Shown here: in pieces, positions 9,606 to 19,444 of the stretch
Layout: each line of letters starts with the position of its first letter
Position numbering within the stretch: position 1 is the stretch's first letter
From: Promethearchaeota archaeon
Lineage (GTDB): Archaea; Asgardarchaeota; Lokiarchaeia; Sigyniarchaeales; SOKP01
Direction: 5' to 3'
NCBI GenBank assembly: GCA_008080735.1
Contig: SHMW01000022.1
Location: 1 to 51,573 of the forward strand
Length of the DNA stretch: 51,573 nt
Notes under the pieces: model-generated
What the model saw: the letters and a program-made list of their open reading frames with translations, nothing else
Databases searched by the model: none
What the model was told of the DNA's origin: nothing
Position numbers and translations under genes: made by a program

Positions 9606-10268
9606 GTGGTTTCAATCACTACCTTAACACATAAGTCTGTAAATTGCTATCTTCTCAAAAAAGGTGAGAATTTCTTGCTAATTGATACCGGATTTTCTGA
9701 CAAAAGGTATGAAATAGAACAAGATTTAAAGGAGAATGGTTGTAATAGTGAGACTCTTCAGTTGGTTGTACTAACGCACGGTGATACGGATCATTCAGGG
9801 AATTGTAAATATCTGCGGGACAAGTTTGGGGTTAAAATAGCGATGCATAAAGGAGATTCCGGCATTGTGGAGAAAGGAGATATGACATATAATAGAAAAG
9901 AAAAACCAGATAAATATTCGCTTCTTTTTAGGATAATGTCCTTTTTTGGAAATGAAGGTGATTTTGAAAAATTTAAACCCGACATTTATTTAAAGGGTGG
10001 AGATTCGCTCAATAAATATGGTTTTAATGTCTCTATCCTACATCTTCCAGGACATTCAGCGGGATCTATAGGCATATTAACCCAAGAAGGAAACCTCTTT
10101 TGCGGTGACTTGTTTGTTAATATCACAAAACCGCAGTTACATTATTTAATTGATGATCTTGCAAAAGCGAAGGAAAATGTTAAAGAGCTGAAAGAAATGA
10201 ATATTCAAATGGTCTATCCAGGTCATGGAAAACCATTTCCTTTTTCAAAGTTGTCGGACAAGTTATAA
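9606..10268 (+). CDS. MBL-fold metallo-hydrolase
   Basis: LIDTG, THGDTDH, PGHSAGS, GDL, YPGHG; GTG start. Confidence 0.9.
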   Translation: MVSITTLTHKSVNCYLLKKGENFLLIDTGFSDKRYEIEQDLKENGCNSETLQLVVLTHGDTDHSGNCKYLRDKFGVKIAMHKGDSGIVEKGDMTYNRKEKPDKYSLLFRIMSFFGNEGDFEKFKPDIYLKGGDSLNKYGFNVSILHLPGHSAGSIGILTQEGNLFCGDLFVNITKPQLHYLIDDLAKAKENVKELKEMNIQMVYPGHGKPFPFSKLSDKL

Positions 10269-10336
10269 ATAAAAAAATATAAAAGATAAAAATTGATCTT
10301 GTGAATTATGACGTCTAAAAACGAGAGATTATAAAT

Positions 10337-10801
10337 ATGGTCGATATTAAAGCGGAACTCTTGGCTCCATGTGGATTATATTGTGGTGTTTGTGCTGTCT
10401 ATATTGCTCATCGAGATGAGAACACAAAGTTTAAGAAAGCCCTTACAAAGGTATATAAATCGTTCATAAAGGGTATTGAAGATATTAAATGTACGGGATG
10501 TCTCTCAGACAGAGAAGTTTTTCCTGTATGTAGAAGATGTTCAATCAAAGAATGCGTGAATGAAAAAAATATAAATGGTTGTTTTGAATGTGATGAATTT
10601 CCTTGTAAATATATTGAAAATTTTCCGTTGCAAGTGGGTAAGAAAGTGATAATGAGGGCTATCCCTCAATGGCGGGAATTGGGTACAGAAAAATGGGTAA
10701 AAATGGAGGAAGAACGGTATCATTGTCCGGAATGCGAAAATACTTTATTTCGAGGGGCAAAGCGCTGTAATCAATGTGGAAGAGCGGTAGACGTAGATTA
10801 A
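10337..10801 (+). CDS. DUF3795-type Cys-rich (Fe-S/Zn) protein with C-terminal zinc ribbon
   Basis: APCGLYCGVC, CTGC, CSIKEC, CFECDEFPC, CPEC...CNQC. Confidence 0.8.
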   Translation: MVDIKAELLAPCGLYCGVCAVYIAHRDENTKFKKALTKVYKSFIKGIEDIKCTGCLSDREVFPVCRRCSIKECVNEKNINGCFECDEFPCKYIENFPLQVGKKVIMRAIPQWRELGTEKWVKMEEERYHCPECENTLFRGAKRCNQCGRAVDVD

Positions 10802-10831
10802 TTTAATATAATAGTATGGGGCTTCTTGAAA

Positions 10832-11374
10832 ATGTCAATCGATAAATGGTTATCCGATGAGGAATGGCTGGAAAAAAAACGCAATAGAAACCAAACCTAT
10901 AAGAATTTGAGCGAGGAAGAAAAGAAGGAATTAGAACTCAAAAGCATTAAAAATATAATCGGAGAAGAGGAGGATGACCTAGATGAAAAACTTAGAGAAG
11001 ATCAAGTCAAGGAGGATTATTTTTTAGAAAAAATTGTTGAATTTAAAGAGTGGTTGGATAGTCGTACATATCTTAAGGGAGATAAAAGTAAAATTGAAAT
11101 GTGGGTATCAAATTTGCATCGAATACTTCATATCCACCACCGAAAAGCAAATAAGATAGAAGAAAAAAGTAAAGAAGATTTAATACATAAATTTCGGAGG
11201 ATACCTCCCGATTTCTTAGATGATAAAACCCGAATCGCCATTAATAAAAAACTCCGCGGTCAACAGAGAACAAATTCAGATAATTATTATCTTAGAAAAC
11301 TCAAGAAGGTAATAGAAGAAAAATTAAAAGAATTCAAATATTATAAGATTTTAGAAGATATTTTAGATCATTAA
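10832..11374 (+). CDS. Hypothetical highly charged helical protein
   Basis: Long ORF rich in K/E; ATG at 10832 (TTG at 10826 is an alternative). Confidence 0.7.
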   Translation: MSIDKWLSDEEWLEKKRNRNQTYKNLSEEEKKELELKSIKNIIGEEEDDLDEKLREDQVKEDYFLEKIVEFKEWLDSRTYLKGDKSKIEMWVSNLHRILHIHHRKANKIEEKSKEDLIHKFRRIPPDFLDDKTRIAINKKLRGQQRTNSDNYYLRKLKKVIEEKLKEFKYYKILEDILDH

Positions 11375-11423
11375 TCATTCAATTAGATTTTCTATTAAAG
11401 AATCGAATAGCCAAGCGTACAAA

Positions 11424-12512
11424 ATGTTTATCATATTTCCAATCGCCGGTGTGGGTAAACGCCTTCAGCCATTCACCTTTTCAAAGCCGAAAGCGTTTTT
11501 AAAAGTTGCGGGAAAACGACTAATAGACCATATTCTTATAAAGCTTAAAAAGACCTTTCCAGAAGGTACAGATATCTTATTCATTGTCGGTTATAAAAAA
11601 CGACAGATAACGGAGTATCTCCTTGAACATTATTCTGATTATTTTAACATTAAATTTCGAGAGCAAAAACCTATGGGATATATAGATGAAACCCCATACT
11701 TTTCTGGATTAGGCGATGCAATTCTATTAGCCAAAGATTTTGTTGATAATGAGGATGTTTTTATTTGTCTTAGCGATAGATTGCCGATGGAAGATTATAG
11801 TTCAATCCTTCTCACATATCATCAAGATAATTGTGAAGGCGTGATTAACGTTAAAAGAGTTGACAATCCTCAGTTTTATGGAATTACGAAAATAGATGAT
11901 AATGGTTATATTAAGGAGATTGTTGAGAAACCTAAAGAATATATCTCTGACTACGCTGTATCTGGCGCCTATTTATTTGGGAAACAAATCGCTCCCAGGA
12001 TGTTTGAACTATTAAAAGAGCAGCACAAAATAGAATTAGAAAATGGCGAAGAACATCAATTTACCCCAATTATCCAAGAATTATTGGATGAAGATCATAA
12101 GATTAAAATCAATGAAATGAAAACCAAGATTCTTGACTTCGGGAGACCAGAAAGTTTATTAGAGGGAAATCGATATCTTTTGTCAGAAATCAAGCTTAAG
12201 GATCCTCTTTATGAGGATTTGTTTAAAACCGGCAATATTGGAGACTCTAAAATTGTACCTCCCGTATGTATTGGAGAAAATGTAAAAATCTCTAACTCTG
12301 TAATCGGTCCAAATGTTTCGATTGGAGATAATGTCACGATTGAAAAGTGTATTCTGTACGAGTCCGTAGTAGGAGACGGGGCGCATTTAAAGAAGATCAT
12401 CTCATCCAATAGTATTATAGGGGATTATAGCATACTTGAAGATTTGATTAAAAAACGGATAAACATTGGGGATTCGACGTATATCACAACAACTAATCTC
12501 AAAACATATTAA
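11424..12512 (+). CDS. Sugar-1-phosphate nucleotidyltransferase (long-form glucose-1-P thymidylyltransferase-like) with left-handed beta-helix tail
   Basis: PIAGVGKRLQPFTFSKPK, IVEKP, LDFG, hexapeptide repeats IGPNVSIGDNV. Confidence 0.9.
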   Translation: MFIIFPIAGVGKRLQPFTFSKPKAFLKVAGKRLIDHILIKLKKTFPEGTDILFIVGYKKRQITEYLLEHYSDYFNIKFREQKPMGYIDETPYFSGLGDAILLAKDFVDNEDVFICLSDRLPMEDYSSILLTYHQDNCEGVINVKRVDNPQFYGITKIDDNGYIKEIVEKPKEYISDYAVSGAYLFGKQIAPRMFELLKEQHKIELENGEEHQFTPIIQELLDEDHKIKINEMKTKILDFGRPESLLEGNRYLLSEIKLKDPLYEDLFKTGNIGDSKIVPPVCIGENVKISNSVIGPNVSIGDNVTIEKCILYESVVGDGAHLKKIISSNSIIGDYSILEDLIKKRINIGDSTYITTTNLKTY

Positions 12513-13513
12513 GCTTTTTTAAGATTTATTGTAAATTTGCTGCCACCCCCAAATTCGGGATCAGTATTATCTTCTACCCAAATATTTCCCTCATAATTGT
12601 CTATAATCAGTTTTACTAAAAACAATCCCAATCCCATACCTATCTTACTCTCTGTAATTAAACTTTTAAAAAGTTTTTCTCGGATAGTTGCGTTTATCCC
12701 TGGTCCATTATCCAGTATATGAATATCAATATATTCCTCAGCAGGATTATCTTGACCGAAAATTTCTATTTTTATTATTATTTTCGTTTTATCATTATGT
12801 AGAATCGCATTGGTCAAAACATTTTCAAAAACATCTAATAGAAAATTATCTGCTAGAACGTAGATGCCTTCTAATGGGCTCTCAAAGTCTAAAAGAATTT
12901 TTTTAAGCGGATATGATTTTAAGACATTTTTGGACGATTCCTTAAGTAATGATACCAAATCTACTCGTTCTAATGGTTTATTAAGCTTTTGAACTTGGGA
13001 GAGTTTATATACATTTTCGGCTAAAGCTCGCCCTCTTTGAATCTGTTCCTCAATAATCTCAAATATAAGTATGGAATCACGAGGATAATTATCTAACTTC
13101 TTTAAGTGAAATTTACACAAATCAGTTGCGGATTGGATATTTTGAAATATATTTTTCACATCATGTGCAAATAAGTTTTTATAAAGGTCAGTACGCTCAT
13201 ACAAGAGATTCAATTTCTTTTCTCTTTTTCTTATCTGTTTTTGATTTGTTTTTTCGATATGGACATACATGAAAAAAACCCAACATAAAGGAATTAATAT
13301 TGCAAAATAGTCTTCGTATTCGGATAAGATTTGGTTTATATTTGACCACTCTAAGAAGTTTATAAAATGATAGTAAGCTAAGAGAGTAAGAAATATAATG
13401 ATAATGATATTTTCAGTTCTGCTAAAAAAAGATTTAATCTTTGTTAATATTATAATTAATGATACGAGTAGAATTGATAAAGAAAAAAAATCCAATATGC
13501 TAATCTCCAGCAT
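12509..13513 (-). CDS. Membrane sensor histidine kinase (3 TM + HisKA + HATPase)
   Basis: H-box FAHDVKN, N-box FENVLTNAILH, G1 DNGPGI, G2 GMGLGL. Confidence 0.92.
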   Translation of the reverse strand: MLEISILDFFSLSILLVSLIIILTKIKSFFSRTENIIIIIFLTLLAYYHFINFLEWSNINQILSEYEDYFAILIPLCWVFFMYVHIEKTNQKQIRKREKKLNLLYERTDLYKNLFAHDVKNIFQNIQSATDLCKFHLKKLDNYPRDSILIFEIIEEQIQRGRALAENVYKLSQVQKLNKPLERVDLVSLLKESSKNVLKSYPLKKILLDFESPLEGIYVLADNFLLDVFENVLTNAILHNDKTKIIIKIEIFGQDNPAEEYIDIHILDNGPGINATIREKLFKSLITESKIGMGLGLFLVKLIIDNYEGNIWVEDNTDPEFGGGSKFTINLKKA

Positions 13514-13793
13514 GAAGTTCAGACCTCCTAGCTTTTATAACAAAAATAATCCAGATTAGAATCATAATAGAACTGGATAAATAACAAATATGCTCAACAA
13601 GATTTAAAAAATCGTAGAGAAAAACAGCTTCAAACACCGTACAGAACCACGCGATTAAAAGGATGCCACTGGATAACATAAATATACTAAAAGCGGGAAT
13701 TTGTTTAAGTTTAGAATAATTTGTAATAATGAATATGAATGAGACAATTCCTAGAATGAATAGCACCAATTCGCTCTCTTCAATCATACTCAT
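13500..13793 (-). CDS. Small 3-TM membrane protein translationally coupled to the histidine kinase
   Basis: 97 aa, three hydrophobic helices, 14-bp overlap with the kinase start. Confidence 0.75.
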   Translation of the reverse strand: MSMIEESELVLFILGIVSFIFIITNYSKLKQIPAFSIFMLSSGILLIAWFCTVFEAVFLYDFLNLVEHICYLSSSIMILIWIIFVIKARRSELHAGD

Positions 13794-13992
13794 TTTAACT
13801 AAAATGCTTCAAGTAAATATCCATTCTTCTATTGCATAATAGACGATTCTGTCTAATATAAGTTTACAATTTTTATACTCTTTATATGTTAAAGCTACAT
13901 TTAAGAAAGAGAATAAAATCAACGGGTATCATCTAAGCTTTGCTCTAATTAAACATAAATTAATAAAAAAAAAGAATAATATAGAAATAGAA

Positions 13993-14658
13993 TTATTTCT
14001 TTTGAGGCCTATGGCAGAGCCACCAGTCGTAGCATTCAAACTCTTTAGATTGAAGTCGCTCTTTTGCGGTCTTGACATCTTTTGCCGGGGGCACGATCAC
14101 GTGATCTCCTATGAGTTCATTATTCGGCCAATTTGCTGGAATTGCTGCACCTTCTCTGTCTGCTGTTTGAAGGGCTTTCAATGCTCGAATGATTTCATCC
14201 ATGTTTCGCCCTATTTCCTTTGGATAATATAAAATTATTCGAACAGTGCCCTCTGGATCTATAATAAAGACCGCTCTCACAGTGCTTGCTCCTTGCCCTG
14301 GATGTACCATACCTAACTTTGCCGCAACAGCACCATGATCCGCAATAATGGGGAACGGTATTTTCGTGTCTAAATTTTCTTCAATCCATTCTTCCCATTT
14401 GATATGTGCAAAGACTTGGTCTATTGATAGCCCAACCAATTCTGTGTTTAGTTCTTGGAATTGATCAAACCGGGTTGCAAAACCATGGAATTCTGTGGTA
14501 CATACCGGTGTGAAATCGGCCGGATGACTGAAAACGATCAGCCATTTCCCTTTTGATGTAATATCGTCGGGTAATGTCATCATTCCATGGGTGGTTTGAA
14601 CTTCCATTTTGGGGAACTTATCCCCAATCAAGGGGATGCCCATTTGTTTCTCTCCCAT
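13993..14658 (-). CDS. Peroxiredoxin (Prx6-subfamily, archaeal type)
   Basis: [30 protein letters not shown]-terminal CYDWWLC; start at 14658 or 14643. Confidence 0.95.
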   Translation of the reverse strand: MGEKQMGIPLIGDKFPKMEVQTTHGMMTLPDDITSKGKWLIVFSHPADFTPVCTTEFHGFATRFDQFQELNTELVGLSIDQVFAHIKWEEWIEENLDTKIPFPIIADHGAVAAKLGMVHPGQGASTVRAVFIIDPEGTVRIILYYPKEIGRNMDEIIRALKALQTADREGAAIPANWPNNELIGDHVIVPPAKDVKTAKERLQSKEFECYDWWLCHRPQKK

Positions 14659-14684
14659 CTTTTTCACTACATTAGATTTTTTTG

Positions 14685-14754
14685 TTATTAATAATCATTT
14701 TTAATAAATACCTAATAGTATTAAATAATTGATTTTATAATCTATTAATCAATT
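14685..14754. promoter_or_regulatory. Divergent promoter region with two inverted repeats (candidate Fur/PerR operators)
   Basis: TTATTAA-N9-TTAATAA (14685-14707) and AATTGATT-N12-AATCAATT (14727-14754) between divergent peroxiredoxin and Fur-family genes. Confidence 0.45.
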
Positions 14755-14762
14755 TGATATAT

Positions 14763-15191
14763 ATGGGAATAGATATTTTAAAGTCTAAACTTAAGGAGCA
14801 TGGTAAACGAATAACCCCGCAACGTATAGTTGTGTATAATACACTAAAAGAAAGTACAATTCATCCAAATGCGGAAGAGTTGCATCAAGAAATCATAAAA
14901 AAGCATCCGAATATTAGTTTAGCAACTGTGTATCAAATATTAAATCTTTTTGAGGATGAATTAAGAATTGTAAAAAGTATTAGTACTAATCATATAAAAC
15001 ATTATGATATTCGTTCGGAATTTCATATCCATACAATTTGTCCTAAATGTGGCGAAATTGAAGATATCTATTCAGATAAAATCAAATTGTTTTGGGAAAA
15101 TTTGATAGAGGAACTACGCCTCAAACCCGAGGATCAAATCATCAAGATCTATCAAGTCTGTTCTGCTTGTTCTAAAAAAAAGGAAATATAA
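14763..15191 (+). CDS. Fur-family regulator, PerR-like
   Basis: RITPQR, HPNAEE, SLATVY, HIHTICPKCG...ED, C-terminal CSAC; divergent from peroxiredoxin. Confidence 0.9.
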   Translation: MGIDILKSKLKEHGKRITPQRIVVYNTLKESTIHPNAEELHQEIIKKHPNISLATVYQILNLFEDELRIVKSISTNHIKHYDIRSEFHIHTICPKCGEIEDIYSDKIKLFWENLIEELRLKPEDQIIKIYQVCSACSKKKEI

Positions 15192-15199
15192 TAAATGCA

Positions 15200-16618
15200 T
15201 TATTTTAAGTCAGGTTTCTTCTCTTGCCAAGGTTGTAATTCTTCGAATGTTTTCGAGACTTGAAGGACTGTTTCTTCATCAAATTGTTTTCCAACGATTT
15301 GCATTCCGATTGGAGTGCCTTCGCTTGACCACCCACAAGGAATAGACGCAGCTGGATTGCCCGTTAAGTTAAAGGGGAACGTAAATGACATCCATGCCAC
15401 TGGTGATGCTCTTTTTCCTGCGATTTTTGAGGGAAACATTTTCCCCAACTCAAAGGGATAAACAGCGGTTGAAGGAGTGATTAATACATCGTATTTTTGA
15501 AACTGTTTAAAGATTTCCTCATGGATTAGTTTTCTTTGATACATTGCCCGTTCTAAATCCACTGCTGAATAGGTAAGACCGGCCTGAACCATCCGAACCA
15601 AATTGGGACTCATCTTCTCTTGCCATTCTTCCAAATACGCTTCCAAATCATGTGCCAAGCCTGCTGTTACCAGAGTGTTAAAGGTCATTTCGGGTCGTTT
15701 GAGCTTCATTTTTATTTTTTCTTGTTGCCAACCAAATTCATCGAATTTTTGAACGGAATCCATAACAGCTTTTTCTACTTCAGGGTCTACTGCTTTTATA
15801 AATCCCAAATCAAAAGAATATCCGATTTTTAAGTTTTTTGGTTTTATATCAACAATATCAAAATAGGTAATATTAGTCTTCGGTAAAGAGTGTCTATCTC
15901 CGGCGAAAGGTCCCGCCATTACGTCTAACATCAGCGCCGCATCTTTAACATACCGGACAATGGGGCCATAATGGTCTAACCCAGTCCATTTAATTCCCGC
16001 AGAGGGATAATGGGGGATCCGACCATAGGAAGGTTTCAAGCCATATACACCGCAAAAACTACTCGGAATTCGTATTGACCCCCCTCCATCAGAGCCGAGG
16101 GCTAACGGACCCATTCCCGATGCCACGGATGCTCCAGCACCCCCACTAGAACCTCCTGAAGTACGTTCTATGTTCCAAGGATTTCTTGTTTTTCCAAAAA
16201 TAGGATTATCCGTTACGGCTTGATGTCCAAATGCGGGTGTATTAGTCTTTCCGAGTAAGACCATACCAGCATTTTTCAATCGTTCAATCACCACTTCATC
16301 CACTTCGGGTACATTACTCTCATAGAGAACACAACCGAATGTAGTTCTAATTCCTTTTGTAAGAACCAGATCTTTAATCGATGTTGGAATTCCATGGAGA
16401 GGAGGTAAATCTTTTCCTTGTTTAACTGCTTTATCCGCTTGTTTGGCGATTTCTCGGGCGATATCGAAGGTAGGCGTACAATATGCATTAATTTTATCGT
16501 TGAATTTTTCGATTCTTTCAATGATGGCTTCAGTAATTTGCAAAGAAGTTAATTCTTGTGTCTTAATCTTTTCGCGCATCTCATAAGCAGAAAGATAACA
16601 AATATCATTTGAATTCAT
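15200..16618 (-). CDS. Amidase signature family protein
   Basis: SIKD, GKTN, SGGSSGG, GSDGGGSIRIP catalytic Lys-cisSer-Ser signature. Confidence 0.92.
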   Translation of the reverse strand: MNSNDICYLSAYEMREKIKTQELTSLQITEAIIERIEKFNDKINAYCTPTFDIAREIAKQADKAVKQGKDLPPLHGIPTSIKDLVLTKGIRTTFGCVLYESNVPEVDEVVIERLKNAGMVLLGKTNTPAFGHQAVTDNPIFGKTRNPWNIERTSGGSSGGAGASVASGMGPLALGSDGGGSIRIPSSFCGVYGLKPSYGRIPHYPSAGIKWTGLDHYGPIVRYVKDAALMLDVMAGPFAGDRHSLPKTNITYFDIVDIKPKNLKIGYSFDLGFIKAVDPEVEKAVMDSVQKFDEFGWQQEKIKMKLKRPEMTFNTLVTAGLAHDLEAYLEEWQEKMSPNLVRMVQAGLTYSAVDLERAMYQRKLIHEEIFKQFQKYDVLITPSTAVYPFELGKMFPSKIAGKRASPVAWMSFTFPFNLTGNPAASIPCGWSSEGTPIGMQIVGKQFDEETVLQVSKTFEELQPWQEKKPDLK

Positions 16619-16791
16619 ATGTTCAAAATTGGTTTTTCATATTAAAAAGAATTACGGTAAATTTTCATACGGTCTTGCCATTTGTTTAGGAATATTTATA
16701 ATCTATATTGAGAAAGCCTAAATTAATCCCCATGATTATAAGATCTATCTATATTTTAACTTATGTAAGAAATTTTAAATGGTAATTACTA

Positions 16792-18444
16792 ATGGAAGAG
16801 TGCAAACTGGAAAAATTAAAAAATTTTGCAGGAACGCGGGGTCCCTTAACGCTAATTATTATGGATGGGATTGGATTGGGAGAGCCCTCCGACTCGAATG
16901 CGGTGTACCGAGCTAATACTCCGTTTTTGGATAAGCTAAGAGGAGAGTGTCCTAAAAAGAATCTATTTGCAACTTTAAAAGCCCACGGGACTGCAGTAGG
17001 TCTACCCACGGATGAGGAGATGGGAAATTCTGAAGTAGCTCATAATGCTCTAGGATCTGGAAGAATAGTCAAACAAAGAGCAACCTTAGCAAAAGAAGCG
17101 ATTTTATCTGGGCAATTATTCAAAAGTGAGAAATGGAATACACTGACATCTAAATTGATTGAAAATAATAGTACTTTACATCTTATGGGATTATTATCGG
17201 ACGGCTATGTACACAGCCATATTTCACATCTATTTGGATTGTTAGATGGAGCAAAAGACTCACAAGTGAAAAAGGTTCGAGTTCACACCTTATTAGATGG
17301 GAGAGATGTACCTCCGCAATCTGCCTTAGAATATATAACACAACTTAACGATAAATTAGAACAGATAAACACTCATCATTCATACGATTATAAAATCGCC
17401 TCTGGGGGGGGAAGGATGAAAGTCACTATGGATAGATATTATTCCGACTGGGAGGTAGTAAAAAGAGGATGGGATGCTCATGTATGTGGCATTCCAGAAC
17501 AGCATTCAGAATACTCAGGATACTTCAGCTCGGCCAGCGAAGCTATAAAAAGCGCTCGAAAGCAAGACCCAAATATCAGCGATCAATATTTACCCTCCTT
17601 TGTTATAATAAATAATGATGGTGATCCAATTGGAAAGATGGAAAACGGAGATGGAGTAATTAACTTCAATTTCAGAGGAGATAGAGCCGTTGAGATTTCA
17701 GAAGCTTTTGATGATTTAGATTATGGATTTGAGAAAAAATGCGACCCCAATATATACTATTATGGTTTGGAGCAATACGATAAAAAGAAAGATCTTCCTA
17801 GAAATTATTTTATTGAGCCTCCTGAGGTTGATGATCCACTTTCAAAATATCTCTGTGCTGAAAAGATTCAACAATTCGCGATCGCAGAAACGCATAAGTA
17901 TGGTCATATAACTTATTTCTGGAACGGGAATAAGGAAGGATATGTTTGTGAGGATTACGAAAAATATATCGAGATAAAGTCGGATCCCAGTGAAATGATT
18001 GAAGACAACCCGAAGATGAAAGCGATTGAGGTGAAGGATAGACTTATTGATGCATTAGCATCTAAGAATTATGAATTTTTACGAGCAAATTGGGCTAATG
18101 GAGATATGGTCGGTCATACAGGAAATATTGATTCTGCAATCATCGCTGCCGAAACCGTCGATAAATGTGTGAAGTCGGTGGTTGAAAAGGTTTTGGAACT
18201 CAAAGGAATTGCGTTAGTCACAGCAGATCACGGAAATTTAGAAGAGATGGGCGAGGGGCAAGAAACAGCACATTCTCTAAACCCGGTAATGTTTGCGATT
18301 ATTGATGGAAATTATAATGGCGAATATCAAATCAATCACGATATACAAGACCCCGGTTTAGGAAATGTGGCAGCGACTATCTTGAATCTTTTAGGATATA
18401 AAAAACCAGATACTTTCATGCCATCTTTAATCGTTTTCAACTAA
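16792..18444 (+). CDS. gpmI: 2,3-bisphosphoglycerate-independent phosphoglycerate mutase
   Basis: IIMDGIG, MGNSEVAH, LDGRD, NFRGDR, AETHKYGHITYF, DMVGHTG, TADHGN. Confidence 0.95.
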   Translation: MEECKLEKLKNFAGTRGPLTLIIMDGIGLGEPSDSNAVYRANTPFLDKLRGECPKKNLFATLKAHGTAVGLPTDEEMGNSEVAHNALGSGRIVKQRATLAKEAILSGQLFKSEKWNTLTSKLIENNSTLHLMGLLSDGYVHSHISHLFGLLDGAKDSQVKKVRVHTLLDGRDVPPQSALEYITQLNDKLEQINTHHSYDYKIASGGGRMKVTMDRYYSDWEVVKRGWDAHVCGIPEQHSEYSGYFSSASEAIKSARKQDPNISDQYLPSFVIINNDGDPIGKMENGDGVINFNFRGDRAVEISEAFDDLDYGFEKKCDPNIYYYGLEQYDKKKDLPRNYFIEPPEVDDPLSKYLCAEKIQQFAIAETHKYGHITYFWNGNKEGYVCEDYEKYIEIKSDPSEMIEDNPKMKAIEVKDRLIDALASKNYEFLRANWANGDMVGHTGNIDSAIIAAETVDKCVKSVVEKVLELKGIALVTADHGNLEEMGEGQETAHSLNPVMFAIIDGNYNGEYQINHDIQDPGLGNVAATILNLLGYKKPDTFMPSLIVFN

Positions 18445-18543
18445 ACATTTTTTATTTAACACAAGGCTTTTTTATTAAAGAGTAAAAATATATAATAAAA
18501 CTTAGAGTTTTTTCATCCATTCTTGAATTGAGTAGTTTGAATT

Positions 18544-18861
18544 ATGTCAGAAATTACCGTAAAAGGCAGAGTAGTAGGTAAGTCAATGCAATATACTTCC
18601 GATAAGAATTACATTGTTTTTCCGCTTCAAATTACTGAGGAAGTTGAATTTAATCTTGATGAGGAAGTGATTAAATTAAACCAACTTGAATTTCTTCTCA
18701 TTGTCTGTCCTTTTTTATGTTGGGTTAGTAAAGAACACATTTTAAGCATTACGGGGATTATAGAACAAGGTGAAGGCTTTTTTTACATGATTCCATCAAA
18801 AGTCTTTAGTAATTTTTGGAAATTTACCTTTACCAAGAAATTTGATGAATCTCTGCCTTAG
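18544..18861 (+). CDS. Hypothetical protein, probable OB-fold
   Basis: ITVKGRVV...LSITGII beta-strand pattern. Confidence 0.6.
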   Translation: MSEITVKGRVVGKSMQYTSDKNYIVFPLQITEEVEFNLDEEVIKLNQLEFLLIVCPFLCWVSKEHILSITGIIEQGEGFFYMIPSKVFSNFWKFTFTKKFDESLP

Positions 18862-19075
18862 ATTAGAGTTCAATTAGCAAAAAATCAAAACAAAATCACA
18901 ACAACAATTTTTGTTATTTTTTTCCTTATTTCATTACTCAAATTTGGATTTAGAAACATAGCTAAATATTTTAAAGATACTTTTAGTTAATAGGAATAGA
19001 ATTAATATGTGTAATTATAATATTTAACTCAGATAGCTGAAAACATTGTAATAAAATTTCGAAAGATGGATTAAT

Positions 19076-19357
19076 ATGGTAGAAGTTAAAGTTAAACTGC
19101 TAAATTTGTATAGAATAAAAATTGGGAAAAAATATCTAATCTATGAGGGAGAGACGGTGCGGGACATTGTACGCCAATTTATTGCCGATTATAAAGATAT
19201 CATTAAACCAGAATTTATCGAAGATGGACTTTTTATTGATAAAAATCTTATATTCGTAAATGGGAGAGATATAGATTATTTGGACAAATTCGACACCAAA
19301 TTAAAAGATGGTGATGAAATAATGATGTCCTGGCCGCTTAATATTGGTCTGGCCTAA
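19076..19357 (+). CDS. MoaD/ThiS/SAMP-type ubiquitin-like beta-grasp protein lacking C-terminal GG
   Basis: VKVKLL, GETVRD, IFVNGRDI...DTKLKDGDEI; ends WPLNIGLA. Confidence 0.85.
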   Translation: MVEVKVKLLNLYRIKIGKKYLIYEGETVRDIVRQFIADYKDIIKPEFIEDGLFIDKNLIFVNGRDIDYLDKFDTKLKDGDEIMMSWPLNIGLA

Positions 19358-19444
19358 ATTTAGTCAAAATAACTTCCTAATCACTAATTATAATAAAATG
19401 AAAAATTAAGAAAAAAAATTTTTGGATGTTAGATATTTTTAGTA

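Noticed and set aside
15200-16618. Calling the amidase GatA
   Set aside because: Motif is GSDGGGSIRIP rather than GatA-type GSDTGGSIRQP, and there is no gatB/gatC nearby
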